Of a DNA stretch of 64,000 bases, positions 36,603-47,417 are shown one piece after another. Numbering within the stretch: the first letter of the stretch is position 1; every line of letters begins with the position of its first letter. Source of the stretch: Alphaproteobacteria bacterium (GTDB taxonomy: Bacteria > Pseudomonadota > Alphaproteobacteria > Rs-D84); NCBI GenBank assembly GCA_015062485.1, contig SUUO01000002.1, positions 19,605 to 83,604 on the forward strand, read 5' to 3'. A program made the position numbers and the translations under genes. Below the pieces are notes generated by a model. It was not told the DNA's origin. It worked only from the letters and a program-made list of their open reading frames with translations, and made no database searches.

Positions 36603-37814
36603 TTATAATTCTGTGCATCTAACCGACATACATTTTGGACGTAATTCTATATTTTTTATATCTTCAACCGTCTGCGCGCCCGCCAACGTCATTACACGCG
36701 ACAAATCTTGCTTCAGATAATCAAACAAGGACACAACCCCCATCCATCCCCCCAGGGACAATGCATAAATCACTGGACGCCCAATCGCAACCACATCCGC
36801 ACCCGCGGCAATCGCCTTGAATATATGCGTGCCATTTCTGATACCACTATCAAAAATAATGGGAACACGCTTGTTTACACGCGCGGCAATTTCGGGCAAA
36901 ACCTCAATCGATGCGGGTGCGCCGTCCAGTTGCCGTCCACCGTGATTAGATACCCATAGCGCATCTGCGCCCGCCGCGATTGCCGCATCTGCATCATCGG
37001 GATGCTGAATCCCCTTTACAATCACGGGCAACCGCGTAAAAGATTTTACATACCGCACCGTATCAGATGCGAATCGGTTTTGTGCGGCGGCAAATATGGC
37101 ACCAATCCCCTGCCCTTTGGTATCACCAGACTTTTTTGCAACGTTCGGCAACGCCAATGGAAATTTAAAATCATTTTTTGCATCCCGAAATCTGTTTCCT
37201 CCAACCGGCGCATCCACCGTCAGAACAATCGCACGCATTCCCAAACTTTCGGCCAACCTTACAATTTGGCGATTAAACGCATCATCCTTGCTAAGGTATA
37301 GTTGAAACCATTGTGGTGCGCCCTCACCCGCCACCGCGATATCACGCAAAGATGAACTGGCATAATTACTGATTGCCATAATTGTATCAACCACTGCGGC
37401 ACCGCGTGCGGTTCCGGCCTCGGCCGAGATGTGCGCCAATCCGTGTGCCGCCGCCGGCGCAATTATCACCGGCAAAGAAATATCTATTCCCAATACTGAC
37501 GTTTTTAAATCAGGCTTATCCACACCACGCAAAACACGCGGAACGATATCAATGTCATCAAACGCACTTATATTGCGTTGTAATGTTTTTTCCGATTCGG
37601 CCCCGCCCGCAATATAGTCAAACCCACCACGCGGAATAACCATTGATGCACGCGCCTCTAATTCATTGACATCTATTATTTCTATTGGATTAACATTTGT
37701 TGGCGCATTGTATTTTTGATTTTCCATACGCATACGATTATACCTGTATAAAATATACCCCAGCGCAGACGCCAACATACAAATAAACAGCACCCAGATA
37801 AAAATTCTTTTCAT
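36603..37814 (-). CDS. FMN-dependent alpha-hydroxy-acid dehydrogenase/oxidase (LldD/lactate oxidase family) with N-terminal membrane anchor
   Basis: TIM-barrel FMN motifs (..VIVKGIQHPDDA..., WVSNHGGRQLD, DSGIRNGTHIFKAIAAGAD). N-terminal TM segment (IFIWVLFICMLASALGYIL). Confidence 0.8.
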   Translation of the reverse strand: MKRIFIWVLFICMLASALGYILYRYNRMRMENQKYNAPTNVNPIEIIDVNELEARASMVIPRGGFDYIAGGAESEKTLQRNISAFDDIDIVPRVLRGVDKPDLKTSVLGIDISLPVIIAPAAAHGLAHISAEAGTARGAAVVDTIMAISNYASSSLRDIAVAGEGAPQWFQLYLSKDDAFNRQIVRLAESLGMRAIVLTVDAPVGGNRFRDAKNDFKFPLALPNVAKKSGDTKGQGIGAIFAAAQNRFASDTVRYVKSFTRLPVIVKGIQHPDDADAAIAAGADALWVSNHGGRQLDGAPASIEVLPEIAARVNKRVPIIFDSGIRNGTHIFKAIAAGADVVAIGRPVIYALSLGGWMGVVSLFDYLKQDLSRVMTLAGAQTVEDIKNIELRPKCMSVRCTEL

Positions 37815-37886
37815 AATAAAATCCCCCGCTTTTATGACTTTATCATAACGGGGGGATATAAATTTATCTGACAGTATTCCTGGCGT

Positions 37887-39215
37887 TTACTTTAAATAAG
37901 CCGATGGATTATACGCTTTGGTCCCCTTGCGTATTTCAAAGTGCAACTGGGGGGTGTCCACCTTGCCGGATGCGCCAACCGTGCCAATTTTTTGACCAAC
38001 ACTTACACGTGTGCCGCGCCGCACCGCCAAAGAATCCATATGCGCATAAACCGTCATCCATCCGGATGCGTGCTGAATAATAATCAGGTTTCCCATCCCC
38101 TTAACCTCGTTCCCGGCATACGCAACAACGCCATTTTCCGCCGCCTTGACCGCGGTACCACGCGTGGCACCAATATTTATACCATCATTAAACAGACCAT
38201 TCGATTTTGCCCCATAATTCGATAATATCTTGCCACGAACCGGCCACGCAAACTTGGACGAAGATCGTGCCGCAATCGCCGGTAATTTCTTGGACGGATC
38301 AGATGAAATCTTTTTTGCTTCTTTTTTTACTGGTGCGACTGTTGCAACCTTGTCATTTGTATTCTTTTGTGATGCAACCGGCTTTGCGCCCTCTGCCACC
38401 TTGACATTTGCGGTTTTAAGGTTTGGTACCTTTAACCTCTGTCCAACCGATAGTGTGAATGGCGCCTTTAATTTATTCATAACCGCCAAATCATTTACCG
38501 GCACAGAATATTTACGCGAAATCGAATACAGCGTATCACCCGGTCCCACTGTAATATCTGCCAGTGCAACACGTGTTGTCGTCTGAACACCAGCCGCCTT
38601 TTTCGCCGGCACCGCAATCACATCAGACGTTACCGCCGACCGCGCCACACCGGGTAAATTTAATTTCTGCCCCACAGATAATGTATACGGCGCGCTTAGT
38701 TTATTGACAGACGCCAATTCATCAACCGTTGTATTATACTTGCGCGCCAACGAATACATAGTATCCCCACGCGCAACAACTATTTCATTTGGTTTAGACG
38801 CACCCACATTCGATGCCCCGCCATACATCGGCACACGCAGATAGTCATCCGTCCCAGATTCTGTTTTTGATTCGATTGGCGATTCGTATTCAGCAACCAC
38901 CACCGCTTGTTCTGATTTTGCATCATCCTGTGCCTGGGGCGGGATGATATAATCATCCACCGATGCATACATAACATAGTCATCCGATGACGATGCATCC
39001 GTTCCATAAAGATTTGGCGACGCATATATACCATAGTCCGTTGCCGCCGACGCGTAAATTTCAGGGTTTACATTTGGATCCGCCAACAACGCCGGGTATC
39101 GCGCAGAAATAAAATCCCCCACACTGTCCGGCAAGGTTAAAATTTTCGGCTGTAAATCACACCCAATCATCAGGGGCAAAACAAACACGGATAAAATCAG
39201 ACTGAATTTTTTCAC
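37887..39215 (-). CDS. LysM-domain M23 peptidase lipoprotein (NlpD-like)
   Basis: Lipobox (MIGC), two LysM repeats (VARGDTMYSLARKYNTTVDELASVNKL; VGPGDTLYSISRKYSVPVNDLAVMNKL) and an M23 C-terminus (GINIGATRGTAV..HASGWMTVYAH..LHFEIRKG). Confidence 0.85.
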   Translation of the reverse strand: MKKFSLILSVFVLPLMIGCDLQPKILTLPDSVGDFISARYPALLADPNVNPEIYASAATDYGIYASPNLYGTDASSSDDYVMYASVDDYIIPPQAQDDAKSEQAVVVAEYESPIESKTESGTDDYLRVPMYGGASNVGASKPNEIVVARGDTMYSLARKYNTTVDELASVNKLSAPYTLSVGQKLNLPGVARSAVTSDVIAVPAKKAAGVQTTTRVALADITVGPGDTLYSISRKYSVPVNDLAVMNKLKAPFTLSVGQRLKVPNLKTANVKVAEGAKPVASQKNTNDKVATVAPVKKEAKKISSDPSKKLPAIAARSSSKFAWPVRGKILSNYGAKSNGLFNDGINIGATRGTAVKAAENGVVAYAGNEVKGMGNLIIIQHASGWMTVYAHMDSLAVRRGTRVSVGQKIGTVGASGKVDTPQLHFEIRKGTKAYNPSAYLK

Positions 39216-39235
39216 AAAATCATTATATCATAAAA

Positions 39236-39943
39236 TCAGTCACGACGCATAAATAAAATACTGACTTCAAACAATAACCACAATGGCAACGCCAATAAAA
39301 TCTGACTAACCACATCGGGTGGGGTTAAAACCGCGGCGACCACCGCAATAAGAACAATCGCATACCGGCGCATTTGTATAACACGCGCACGCCCCAACAC
39401 ACCAATACGATTTAACAATACCATAATCAGCGGTAATTGAAACGCAATTCCAAATACTTTTAACAAACCAACCGCAAACCCCAGATAGTCACGTGCCGCC
39501 GGCATCACCATTGCCGGCACCGGCGCAGATAAATTTAAATCTATGAAAAACTTGAACACAACCGGGAACAACACATAAAAAGCAAACGCCGCCCCCACAA
39601 CGAACAAAATCGGAGACATAATCAGGAACGGCCAAATAAACTTGCGTTCTTTATCCCGCAGGCCCGGCGCCACATACGCCCACACGTGCCACAGCAAAAC
39701 CGGCAAAGAAACAAACAACGCAAATGTAAATCCCAACGAGAGACTAATCATCATCCCATCGGACAGGCCCCCATACAACATTGCCCCATCGGGCCAGACC
39801 ATCAACAACGGCGCGGTCAAGAAATCTTGAATTTGTGGCGCAAAATAAACGCCCGCAAAAAATGCAATCACAAAGATTAGCAGCACCCACAGGATTCGCC
39901 GGCGCATTTCTGCAAAATGTTGCATCAGGGTCATATTTTTCAT
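39236..39943 (-). CDS. tatC: Twin-arginine translocase subunit TatC
   Basis: HFAEMRRRILWVLL... and six TM segments in the family pattern. Confidence 0.9.
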   Translation of the reverse strand: MKNMTLMQHFAEMRRRILWVLLIFVIAFFAGVYFAPQIQDFLTAPLLMVWPDGAMLYGGLSDGMMISLSLGFTFALFVSLPVLLWHVWAYVAPGLRDKERKFIWPFLIMSPILFVVGAAFAFYVLFPVVFKFFIDLNLSAPVPAMVMPAARDYLGFAVGLLKVFGIAFQLPLIMVLLNRIGVLGRARVIQMRRYAIVLIAVVAAVLTPPDVVSQILLALPLWLLFEVSILFMRRD

Positions 39944-40239
39944 TTTTTGCCCCGCCCTGATTTTTTAACAGATGACTTTTTACCCAGTTTTTTTATGGGC
40001 TCTGAAATCTCAGATAAAATATCATCAGTTGTTGTTTTTATTAAATCGTCAATTGGGGCCTCGCGTTCAATCTGCTCTTTGATTTTTTCAGACGCATCTG
40101 TAATTCGCCAAATAATACCGCGAATAAATTTCACCACACGTGCCAAAAATTTTGCGACATCTGGCCAATGGCGCGCCGGTATCACCAACACCGCCACCAA
40201 CAACACCACTAAAAATTCAGCCCCACTTATCCCAAACAT
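39940..40239 (-). CDS. tatB: Twin-arginine translocase subunit TatB
   Basis: MFGISGAEFLVVLLVAVLVIPARHWPDV... is a TatA/B-type N-terminus. ATGA overlap with tatC. Confidence 0.75.
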   Translation of the reverse strand: MFGISGAEFLVVLLVAVLVIPARHWPDVAKFLARVVKFIRGIIWRITDASEKIKEQIEREAPIDDLIKTTTDDILSEISEPIKKLGKKSSVKKSGRGKK

Positions 40240-40244
40240 TTTAT

Positions 40245-40859
40245 TTAATCATAGAAATCATCACCACCACTGGTGCTGATTGTTTTATGTCTTTGAATTT
40301 GAAAATAATCACGTCCAAAATTTGTTTTTGTTTTCAGATTATTAAACGCAACATCTGTTTTTGCACCCGTTGCATCAACCACCGACCAAGAATTTAAGCG
40401 CACCGGATTTTTATCAAATACCACCGTCATATTCCCCAGGCCTTCCTGACCTTTTAGGTTCATTTTTAACGCAAATGTATTTTTGCCATCGGTTGTTTCA
40501 ACAACGTTAATGTCTGCATTTGTCAAATCGATATTTTTACGCACCAATATCCCCGCGGGCGTACTGGTCAGTGGAACGGTTGTAATCTGGTCCAATGATT
40601 TATCAAAGAAATATAAATCATCACCGTCTGAAATTAACTGTATCGGCATATTGGCATAATCCAGACGCACACGCCCCGGACGCAACATTGCAAAGTCCCC
40701 ACGTTCATCGTGTCCATTTGCGGTTTGAACAAAACCGCCCGCCAATCCCGTAATTGAATTAAGATATTTTTCGGCGCGCCCCACCAAAGACGTATCAACC
40801 GCCGCATTTGCCACGCCACACGCTAACCAACAGGCCAAGAATAAAATATTTCTAAACAT
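40245..40859 (-). CDS. lolA: Outer-membrane lipoprotein carrier LolA
   Basis: Signal peptide. FVQTANGHDERGDFAMLRPGRVRLDY..PIQLISDGDDLYFFDKSLDQITTVPL matches the LolA pattern. Confidence 0.7.
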   Translation of the reverse strand: MFRNILFLACWLACGVANAAVDTSLVGRAEKYLNSITGLAGGFVQTANGHDERGDFAMLRPGRVRLDYANMPIQLISDGDDLYFFDKSLDQITTVPLTSTPAGILVRKNIDLTNADINVVETTDGKNTFALKMNLKGQEGLGNMTVVFDKNPVRLNSWSVVDATGAKTDVAFNNLKTKTNFGRDYFQIQRHKTISTSGGDDFYD

Positions 40860-41815
40860 TATTTAATTTCCCCCCGAAATAATTCCACAATTCTGTTACG
40901 AACATTTTCAACCGAATCGTTAACAATCGCGCCCGCCGCGCACAGGTGTCCACCACCACCCAGTGCCTCTGCAATATGATTAATCGGTTTACCACGACTG
41001 CGTAATGACACGCCGGTCTGTTCTGCCTTTTGCTCTTTCAAGAATGCGATGTATTCCACCCCTTTGATAGAGCCCAACAAATTCAACACCGTTTCACCAC
41101 GTCCGTCCAGATATTTATAATCCTTGTGCGGGATGATTGCGATGGCCAATTTTCCTTTGAATAAAAACTCTGCGCGTGATGCGGCGCCGGCCTCGACCAC
41201 AACGGCCTTGCGCGGTTTATTGCGCAGCGCCTCAAACAAATGACGCAACACAACACCATTATCAACCAATTCACCCATAATACACATTACACGACCATCG
41301 CGAACAAACTTAAAATTACCCGTATCTGTAATTAATGCAACCGCCAACAAATCCAACACATCTTTGTCAAATTGCCAATTTGCCATCTTCATAATATCGA
41401 ACAAAATTTGTCCGGTTGCGGCCGCCGTTTCATCATCAATACACAACGTTCCTAGTTTATCGTCATTTTGATGATGATCGATTTCAACAATGAATCGTGC
41501 GCTGTCTACGATTGGACGCGCGCCACCAATATGCTTTGGCGTACCATAATCCAACAGGATAACCAAATCATATATTTGTGTTAAATCGACACGCTCGTAA
41601 TATTTAATCCAGGACCGCATCGGCATTTCGTCCAGATATTCAGGAATATTTCCATCATAAATGCACGTTGCGCGCACACCATAGTTTAATTCAATTAACT
41701 TCGCCAGCGCCAGCACACTGCAATACGAATCACCATCAGGATTTTTATGTCCCATAATTGCGATATTTTTCGCAGTTTTTATTTTTTCAATAAATGTTTT
41801 TACATTTTGTTCCAT
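40859..41815 (-). CDS. nrnA: DHH/DHHA1 oligoribonuclease-pAp phosphatase NrnA
   Basis: DHH motifs (GHKNPDGDSYCS, EIDHHQND) and DHHA1 (GGGGH). Confidence 0.8.
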   Translation of the reverse strand: MEQNVKTFIEKIKTAKNIAIMGHKNPDGDSYCSVLALAKLIELNYGVRATCIYDGNIPEYLDEMPMRSWIKYYERVDLTQIYDLVILLDYGTPKHIGGARPIVDSARFIVEIDHHQNDDKLGTLCIDDETAAATGQILFDIMKMANWQFDKDVLDLLAVALITDTGNFKFVRDGRVMCIMGELVDNGVVLRHLFEALRNKPRKAVVVEAGAASRAEFLFKGKLAIAIIPHKDYKYLDGRGETVLNLLGSIKGVEYIAFLKEQKAEQTGVSLRSRGKPINHIAEALGGGGHLCAAGAIVNDSVENVRNRIVELFRGEIK

Positions 41816-41818
41816 ATT

Positions 41819-43567
41819 TTACACCGCAATATCTTCCAGGACGAATTGTGCCGACACACGTCCGTTATATTCATTTTCTTTCAGTTTACCCAGCATCTTT
41901 ATCTTAGCATTGATATTTCCATCATCCAGTAAAAAATCCCCAACCGGTGTTCCCACCAAATTAAACCCAACAAAAGACAGATTTGTCCCACTGCTGGTTG
42001 CGATTGTTCCACGCAAATGCGACCCATTTCCCATTGTTGATGCATATCGCAACATCGCCCCACTTAACACCAACGTTGGTTCTGGGTTCCCCTGACCAAA
42101 TGGTTCCAGTGCATTTAATTTATTTACCAATCGCATTGTTGCCGCGCCCGCATCCATTTCTGCATCAACGAAAACCTCCCGTTCCGGCATTTGACCGTGC
42201 AGTTGTTCACGTACCGCATTTTCCAGGAAATCACAAAATGCGTTTTCGTTTTCCGCACTTAATGAAAATCCCGCCGCGGCCGCGTGTCCGCCACCTTCGG
42301 AAATAATGCCCGCCGCCAATGCATCGTGAATAATCTTACCCAAATCAACCCCCGGGATTGAACGTCCCGATCCATTGATTATCCCATCAGACTTGGTCGC
42401 GACACACGATGGCAAATTATATTTATCCTTTAACCGACCCGCGATTATTCCCATAACCCCACCGTGCCAGTTATCACCGCACAGGAATAAACTGCAATTT
42501 CCCTTGGCACAGCATTTATCCGCCATATCAATTGCGCGCAACATAATTGCATTTTGAATATCTATGCGATCTTGATTCATCTGGTGCAGTTTTTCCGCCA
42601 ACGAATGCGCAATCAACGGATTATCTGTTAATAATAATTCCAATGCCGGCGCCGCAGAATCCAAACGTCCCGCCGCATTCAATCGTGGCCCCAGCGCAAA
42701 TCCCGCCGCATACACAGACGGCTTTTTTATACCGGCAACATCCATCAGCACGCGCAACCCCAAATTCTGACGCAGGCCCATAACTTTTAATCCGGTTGCA
42801 ACAAACGCGCGATTTAACCCAACCAGTGGCATCGTGTCACAAATCGTCCCCAGCGCCACTAAATCCATAAAATTCATCAAATTCAGTGAATCTATTTTTT
42901 TCTTTATATCTGCGGATAAATCACGTGATTTTAATTCACGATTAACCGCAACAACGGTCAAAAACGCCACCCCAACCCCGGCCAAATAATCCAGGCCCGA
43001 CACATCATCATTGCGCTTTGGGTTTACAACGGCATCTGCATTTGGCAAAATTGCATCCGGCGAATGATGGTCTGTGACAACAACACGCAATCCACATTGC
43101 TTGGCAAAGTCTACCTCTTCATTGCCACTGATACCACAATCAACGGTGATTAAGAGTTTTGCACCCGCATCTGCAATTTCTTGGACGGCCACGGTATTTA
43201 ATCCGTACCCTTCGCCCTCGCGCGTGGGCAGGTGCCAAATAACATCCGCACCAATTTGACACATATATTTTACAAACACCGCCGTTGATGTAATACCATC
43301 AACGTCATAGTCACCATAAATCGCGATTTTGTCCCCCGCCACAACCGCATCTGCGATTATACGTGCGGCATTATCCATATCATACAGAACCGATGGATTG
43401 GGCATATATTCCTTGATACTGGGGTTCAGGAACCTATCCGCATTTTCAATACCACGCGCTTTCAGTATCTTTAAGACTAAATCATCTGCGCCTGGGAAAT
43501 TATCATCTGAATATGTCGGCAACACCCACGCCTGGCCCAGCATGGATTTTTCTACTATCTTTTTCAC
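41819..43567 (-). CDS. recJ: Single-stranded-DNA-specific exonuclease RecJ
   Basis: DHH motifs (YGDYDVDGITS, VTVDCG, VVTDHHSP), DHHA1 (GGGHAAAAG) and a C-terminal OB region. Confidence 0.9.
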   Translation of the reverse strand: MKKIVEKSMLGQAWVLPTYSDDNFPGADDLVLKILKARGIENADRFLNPSIKEYMPNPSVLYDMDNAARIIADAVVAGDKIAIYGDYDVDGITSTAVFVKYMCQIGADVIWHLPTREGEGYGLNTVAVQEIADAGAKLLITVDCGISGNEEVDFAKQCGLRVVVTDHHSPDAILPNADAVVNPKRNDDVSGLDYLAGVGVAFLTVVAVNRELKSRDLSADIKKKIDSLNLMNFMDLVALGTICDTMPLVGLNRAFVATGLKVMGLRQNLGLRVLMDVAGIKKPSVYAAGFALGPRLNAAGRLDSAAPALELLLTDNPLIAHSLAEKLHQMNQDRIDIQNAIMLRAIDMADKCCAKGNCSLFLCGDNWHGGVMGIIAGRLKDKYNLPSCVATKSDGIINGSGRSIPGVDLGKIIHDALAAGIISEGGGHAAAAGFSLSAENENAFCDFLENAVREQLHGQMPEREVFVDAEMDAGAATMRLVNKLNALEPFGQGNPEPTLVLSGAMLRYASTMGNGSHLRGTIATSSGTNLSFVGFNLVGTPVGDFLLDDGNINAKIKMLGKLKENEYNGRVSAQFVLEDIAV

Positions 43568-43610
43568 GCACTACTCTTTTTTTTATTATCAGAATTATTA
43601 TAATCTAAAA

Positions 43611-45236
43611 TTATTCAAATAGCAACGGCAGTATAGAATCCAAAATTTTACCCGTTGTTGGCACCGCATTCCACGCCGCCGTTTTCCAACCCCACGAATC
43701 TTTTGTCGCCTGGGGCTCATCCATAACAACTAAAATTGTATATTGCGGCGCACTAACTGGAAAGATTCCCACAAATGCCGTAACATTACGTTTATGATCG
43801 ATTTTCCCATTAGTATATTTTACCGCGGTCGCCGTTTTTCCACCAATTTCAACCCCCGCCACACGAGCCTGTTTTCCACTAGTCTCCTCGGCAACACGCA
43901 ACATTATCGGACGCAATTTTGCAGAAATTTCATCGGACAAGACACGTTCACCACGCACCACACCAACACCACGCTTTTGTAGTGTTGGATATGTATAAAT
44001 ACCACCATTTGATACGGCATTCACCGCCAACATCAAATGCATTGGCGTCACAGAAATACCGTGACCATAAGAACGCGTCGCACGCTCAACCGGTCCCCAC
44101 TTGTTGGGCAACAACGGCTTTTCCGTACGTCCAAATTCTAAATTTAATGCCTCATCAAAATGTAACCGTTCAAAGAATTCCTTCTGTGCACCATCTGGCA
44201 AATCCAATGCAATCTGTGCACTGCCCACATTACACGAATGCACCATAATTTCTTCTATTGTCAAACTAGGACGTGGTGGTTTAAAACTACGCAAATCGGT
44301 AATCTTTGCGGCAACCCGCCCAAATTTATCCAGTATTTTAAACGGTTCTTTGACATAATATTCCTTGTTAATACCATTTTCCAATGCCAGCGCCGTATTA
44401 AAGATTTTAAATATAGAACCCATTTCAAACACGCCACGCATCGGCATAAACATACGATTGCGCGCCGGATCCAACGATATATTTTCCGGGTCATAATCCG
44501 GCAGGGATACCATCGCCACAATTTCACCCGTACGTGAATTCATCAGCATTCCCATCGCAGATTTTGCCCGATACGTCTGCATTGCGATTGACAGCTGATC
44601 ATAGAACACGGCCTGGACACGCGCATCCAACGATAATTGCAACGGATCTTTATTTTCCGTCAGATATTTATTATAAACACGTTCGGCCCCTTCCAATCCG
44701 CGACCATCACCACTAACAAATCCGACCGCGTGTGAAAACATACGTCCCTTTGGATACTTTCTATCCTGAACCGGTTCAATTTCCAACCCGCGCAAGCGCG
44801 CCTTTTTAATCATATCACGTTGATATTCACTGGCATATTTTTTCAGGTATATAAACCGGCGTGATGAATTCACCAATTCCAGTGCCTGATTTAAAGAGTA
44901 CTCGTACGGCATCGCGCGATGAATCATATTTGCAACCGCATCTTTGTCCACCACATCGCGATTACGCAAAACAATATGTCCCGACATAACATTCTTCGCC
45001 AGAATTTCACCATTTCTGTCGACAATATCCGCACGATGCACGGTCCAATCCCCATCCGCCACCGCACGCCGTGTGTTATCCGTACCACTTATTCCCAAAT
45101 ACAATGTCCAACCAATAAATACGATAAACGCAGCACGCAACCACTTGTACACTGTATGCATACGACCACGCCCCGCCCCATCACCACGAATGCCGGCAAA
45201 CCCACGTTTATAAATATCTTGGCCAACATTAAACAT
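43611..45236 (-). CDS. ftsI: Penicillin-binding protein (FtsI/PBP3-type transpeptidase)
   Basis: N-terminal TM. SxxK (GSIFKIF), SxN (HSCNVG) and KTG-like (GGKTATA) motifs. Follows an ftsL-like gene. Confidence 0.8.
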   Translation of the reverse strand: MFNVGQDIYKRGFAGIRGDGAGRGRMHTVYKWLRAAFIVFIGWTLYLGISGTDNTRRAVADGDWTVHRADIVDRNGEILAKNVMSGHIVLRNRDVVDKDAVANMIHRAMPYEYSLNQALELVNSSRRFIYLKKYASEYQRDMIKKARLRGLEIEPVQDRKYPKGRMFSHAVGFVSGDGRGLEGAERVYNKYLTENKDPLQLSLDARVQAVFYDQLSIAMQTYRAKSAMGMLMNSRTGEIVAMVSLPDYDPENISLDPARNRMFMPMRGVFEMGSIFKIFNTALALENGINKEYYVKEPFKILDKFGRVAAKITDLRSFKPPRPSLTIEEIMVHSCNVGSAQIALDLPDGAQKEFFERLHFDEALNLEFGRTEKPLLPNKWGPVERATRSYGHGISVTPMHLMLAVNAVSNGGIYTYPTLQKRGVGVVRGERVLSDEISAKLRPIMLRVAEETSGKQARVAGVEIGGKTATAVKYTNGKIDHKRNVTAFVGIFPVSAPQYTILVVMDEPQATKDSWGWKTAAWNAVPTTGKILDSILPLLFE

Positions 45237-45543
45237 CTGACTTTTTTATTTCCCTGTCTGGTAATGCATCAATTGTGATTGATTTTTGATATCCGATTGC
45301 CGTGGCATTTGGCACCACCCCACCGACCAGGTTTCTTAAAACCTCTGGTCTTTTATAGCCCTCGAATCGTGTTGTGGCATCGGCAATTTCTTGTTGTGTA
45401 CGCACGATTTCGTTTCGCACGTGATTTCGCGTACGATTTTGCGTACGATAACAAACCTGTAATCCAATGGTCAGAAACAGCACCCCACACAACGCCCATA
45501 TACCAATATGAAACATTTTTTCATCTTCACTCATTGATGCCAT
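45229..45543 (-). CDS. FtsL-like small bitopic division protein
   Basis: 104 aa with a single TM (IGIWALCGVLFLTIGLQVCY). Overlaps the ftsI start by 8 nt, which is the position expected for ftsL. Confidence 0.4.
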   Translation of the reverse strand: MASMSEDEKMFHIGIWALCGVLFLTIGLQVCYRTQNRTRNHVRNEIVRTQQEIADATTRFEGYKRPEVLRNLVGGVVPNATAIGYQKSITIDALPDREIKKSDV

Positions 45544-45571
45544 TCCCCCGTTTTAATTCCCACATATTTTA

Positions 45572-45934
45572 TCATAAATTATGAAAAAAACGAACCATAG
45601 ATTCCAAACCGTTCAATCGTCCCGCCCCCAGATTGATATCCAGACTTGAAAATTCAGACAAAATATCAATTTCTTTTATTTCTTGTGGTGTTTTTTTATC
45701 AACCATCGCAATTAGGATTGCAACAATTCCGCGCACCAAAGCCGAATCGGCACGCCCATAAAACTTGTTCCCATCACGACAAATTTCAACCTTGGACGTA
45801 CACCCCACAATCTCGGCACATAACGCATTCGACGGCACCGCCGCCAAATAACGCCCCAAATCCATAACAAATTCTAATTTCTGGACCGGATCTGAAATCG
45901 ATTGTAAAAAATTTTTTATCTCCGCATACGTCAT
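45572..45934 (-). CDS. sufE: Cysteine desulfuration protein SufE
   Basis: ..AEIVGCTSKVEI.. active-site Cys context and the C-terminal RLNGLESMV motif. Confidence 0.75.
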   Translation of the reverse strand: MTYAEIKNFLQSISDPVQKLEFVMDLGRYLAAVPSNALCAEIVGCTSKVEICRDGNKFYGRADSALVRGIVAILIAMVDKKTPQEIKEIDILSEFSSLDINLGAGRLNGLESMVRFFHNL

Positions 45935-45940
45935 CTGCCT

Positions 45941-46255
45941 TTACCACCCCTGCTCTGTTAAATCCAGTTCCAGTCGCGCCACATCAGACATCTTCGACAA
46001 ATCCCACGGCGGATCCCATACCAATTCAACGCGCACCGGCAAACCCGCCGATACATTTTGTACCGCATCTTGCAGTTGCTGCATCAATTCTTCCATCATT
46101 GGACACGTCGGACTGGTAAAGGTCATTGTGATAACAATCTCTTTATCATTGATATCGATATTATACACCAACCCCAAATCCCATATATTAACCGGAATTT
46201 CCGGGTCATAGACCGTCTTGATTGCGGCAATTATATCATCCCTGGACACCGTCAT
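45941..46255 (-). CDS. sufT: Fe-S assembly protein SufT (DUF59/MIP18 family)
   Basis: IKTVYDPEIPVNIWDLGLVY...TFTSPTCPMMEEL. ATGA overlap with the sufS stop. Confidence 0.75.
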   Translation of the reverse strand: MTVSRDDIIAAIKTVYDPEIPVNIWDLGLVYNIDINDKEIVITMTFTSPTCPMMEELMQQLQDAVQNVSAGLPVRVELVWDPPWDLSKMSDVARLELDLTEQGW

Positions 46256-47343
46256 TTCACACACCCCCGCACGACATCTATAAACGCATCAATATCGTCT
46301 TTGGTATTATATGGCCCAACAGATACACGTATCGAACCGTCTATGTTCAACACACGATGAATCCAGGACGCACACATATTCCCAACACGCACACAAATAT
46401 TATGCGCACCCGCAATCACACCGAAATCCAGCACGTGCATATCATCAATAACAAAACTAAACACACACGCATCACGACGGGTTAATATTTTAACGCGTTC
46501 CAATTTTGATAATTCATCATAAAGGTACCCAATTAAATTCAAATCCGCCCGCTTACTTTGAATTTCAGAAATTGCGACACCCAATCCCAAAATCTGGGTC
46601 AATGGCAATGTCCCCGCCTCAAAGCATTCGGGGGGCGACATAAAATGCGCAACACCATCTCGGGACACGGTATTTACCATTCCGCCACCAAACTTGTCCG
46701 GCATAAAACGTGATGGATTTTTTATATACATCACGCCAATCCCGGTATCTGCGCCAATCTTGTGCCCGGACCACGCAACAAAGTCCGCATCCCACGCAAT
46801 CACATCTATGGATTTATGCACAACATATTGCGCGGCATCAACAACCACAATAACATTTGGATTTTTTTCACGTGCCCTACGCACGATTTCCGGGATATTT
46901 TGCGCAACCCCCAAAACATTAGACATTGCCGTCACAACAAAAATATCTGCATATGGAATTTGTTCTGTATCAATATTTAACTGCTCATCCAGTGGCACAA
47001 CAACCGTTTTTGCACCACTCATTTGAAATGGCAAACGTGCACTGTGATGATCCAAATCAGACACCGCCACGACCGAATCTGGGGTTGGCTTTAAGATATT
47101 AACGATTCGATTTATTGCATCTGTCGTCCCAGACGTAAAAACAATATTTTCATATTTTGCATTCATAAACCGTGCAACCGCATTCCGCACATCGCGCACC
47201 ATATCATCAACGGCGCCCACACGTGCACAAACACCCCGCCCCGAATTTGCGTATTTTTCACGCAGAAATTCGGCCTGGGCATCAACAAGCCGTTCTGATT
47301 TTAGCATTGTTGCGGCGGCATCTAAGTATATGAATTTATTCAT
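46252..47343 (-). CDS. sufS: Cysteine desulfurase SufS (class V aminotransferase)
   Basis: YLDAAAT..., PLP-Lys region (VAWSGHKIGADTGIGV) and the active-site Cys loop (RVGNMCAS). Confidence 0.85.
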   Translation of the reverse strand: MNKFIYLDAAATMLKSERLVDAQAEFLREKYANSGRGVCARVGAVDDMVRDVRNAVARFMNAKYENIVFTSGTTDAINRIVNILKPTPDSVVAVSDLDHHSARLPFQMSGAKTVVVPLDEQLNIDTEQIPYADIFVVTAMSNVLGVAQNIPEIVRRAREKNPNVIVVVDAAQYVVHKSIDVIAWDADFVAWSGHKIGADTGIGVMYIKNPSRFMPDKFGGGMVNTVSRDGVAHFMSPPECFEAGTLPLTQILGLGVAISEIQSKRADLNLIGYLYDELSKLERVKILTRRDACVFSFVIDDMHVLDFGVIAGAHNICVRVGNMCASWIHRVLNIDGSIRVSVGPYNTKDDIDAFIDVVRGCVK

Positions 47344-47417
47344 TTTGTTTTTCTCTTGCATTTTGCGCTGATTATAATACACTCTTGCCAAATATCAATA
47401 AATATAAGGAGAAAAAG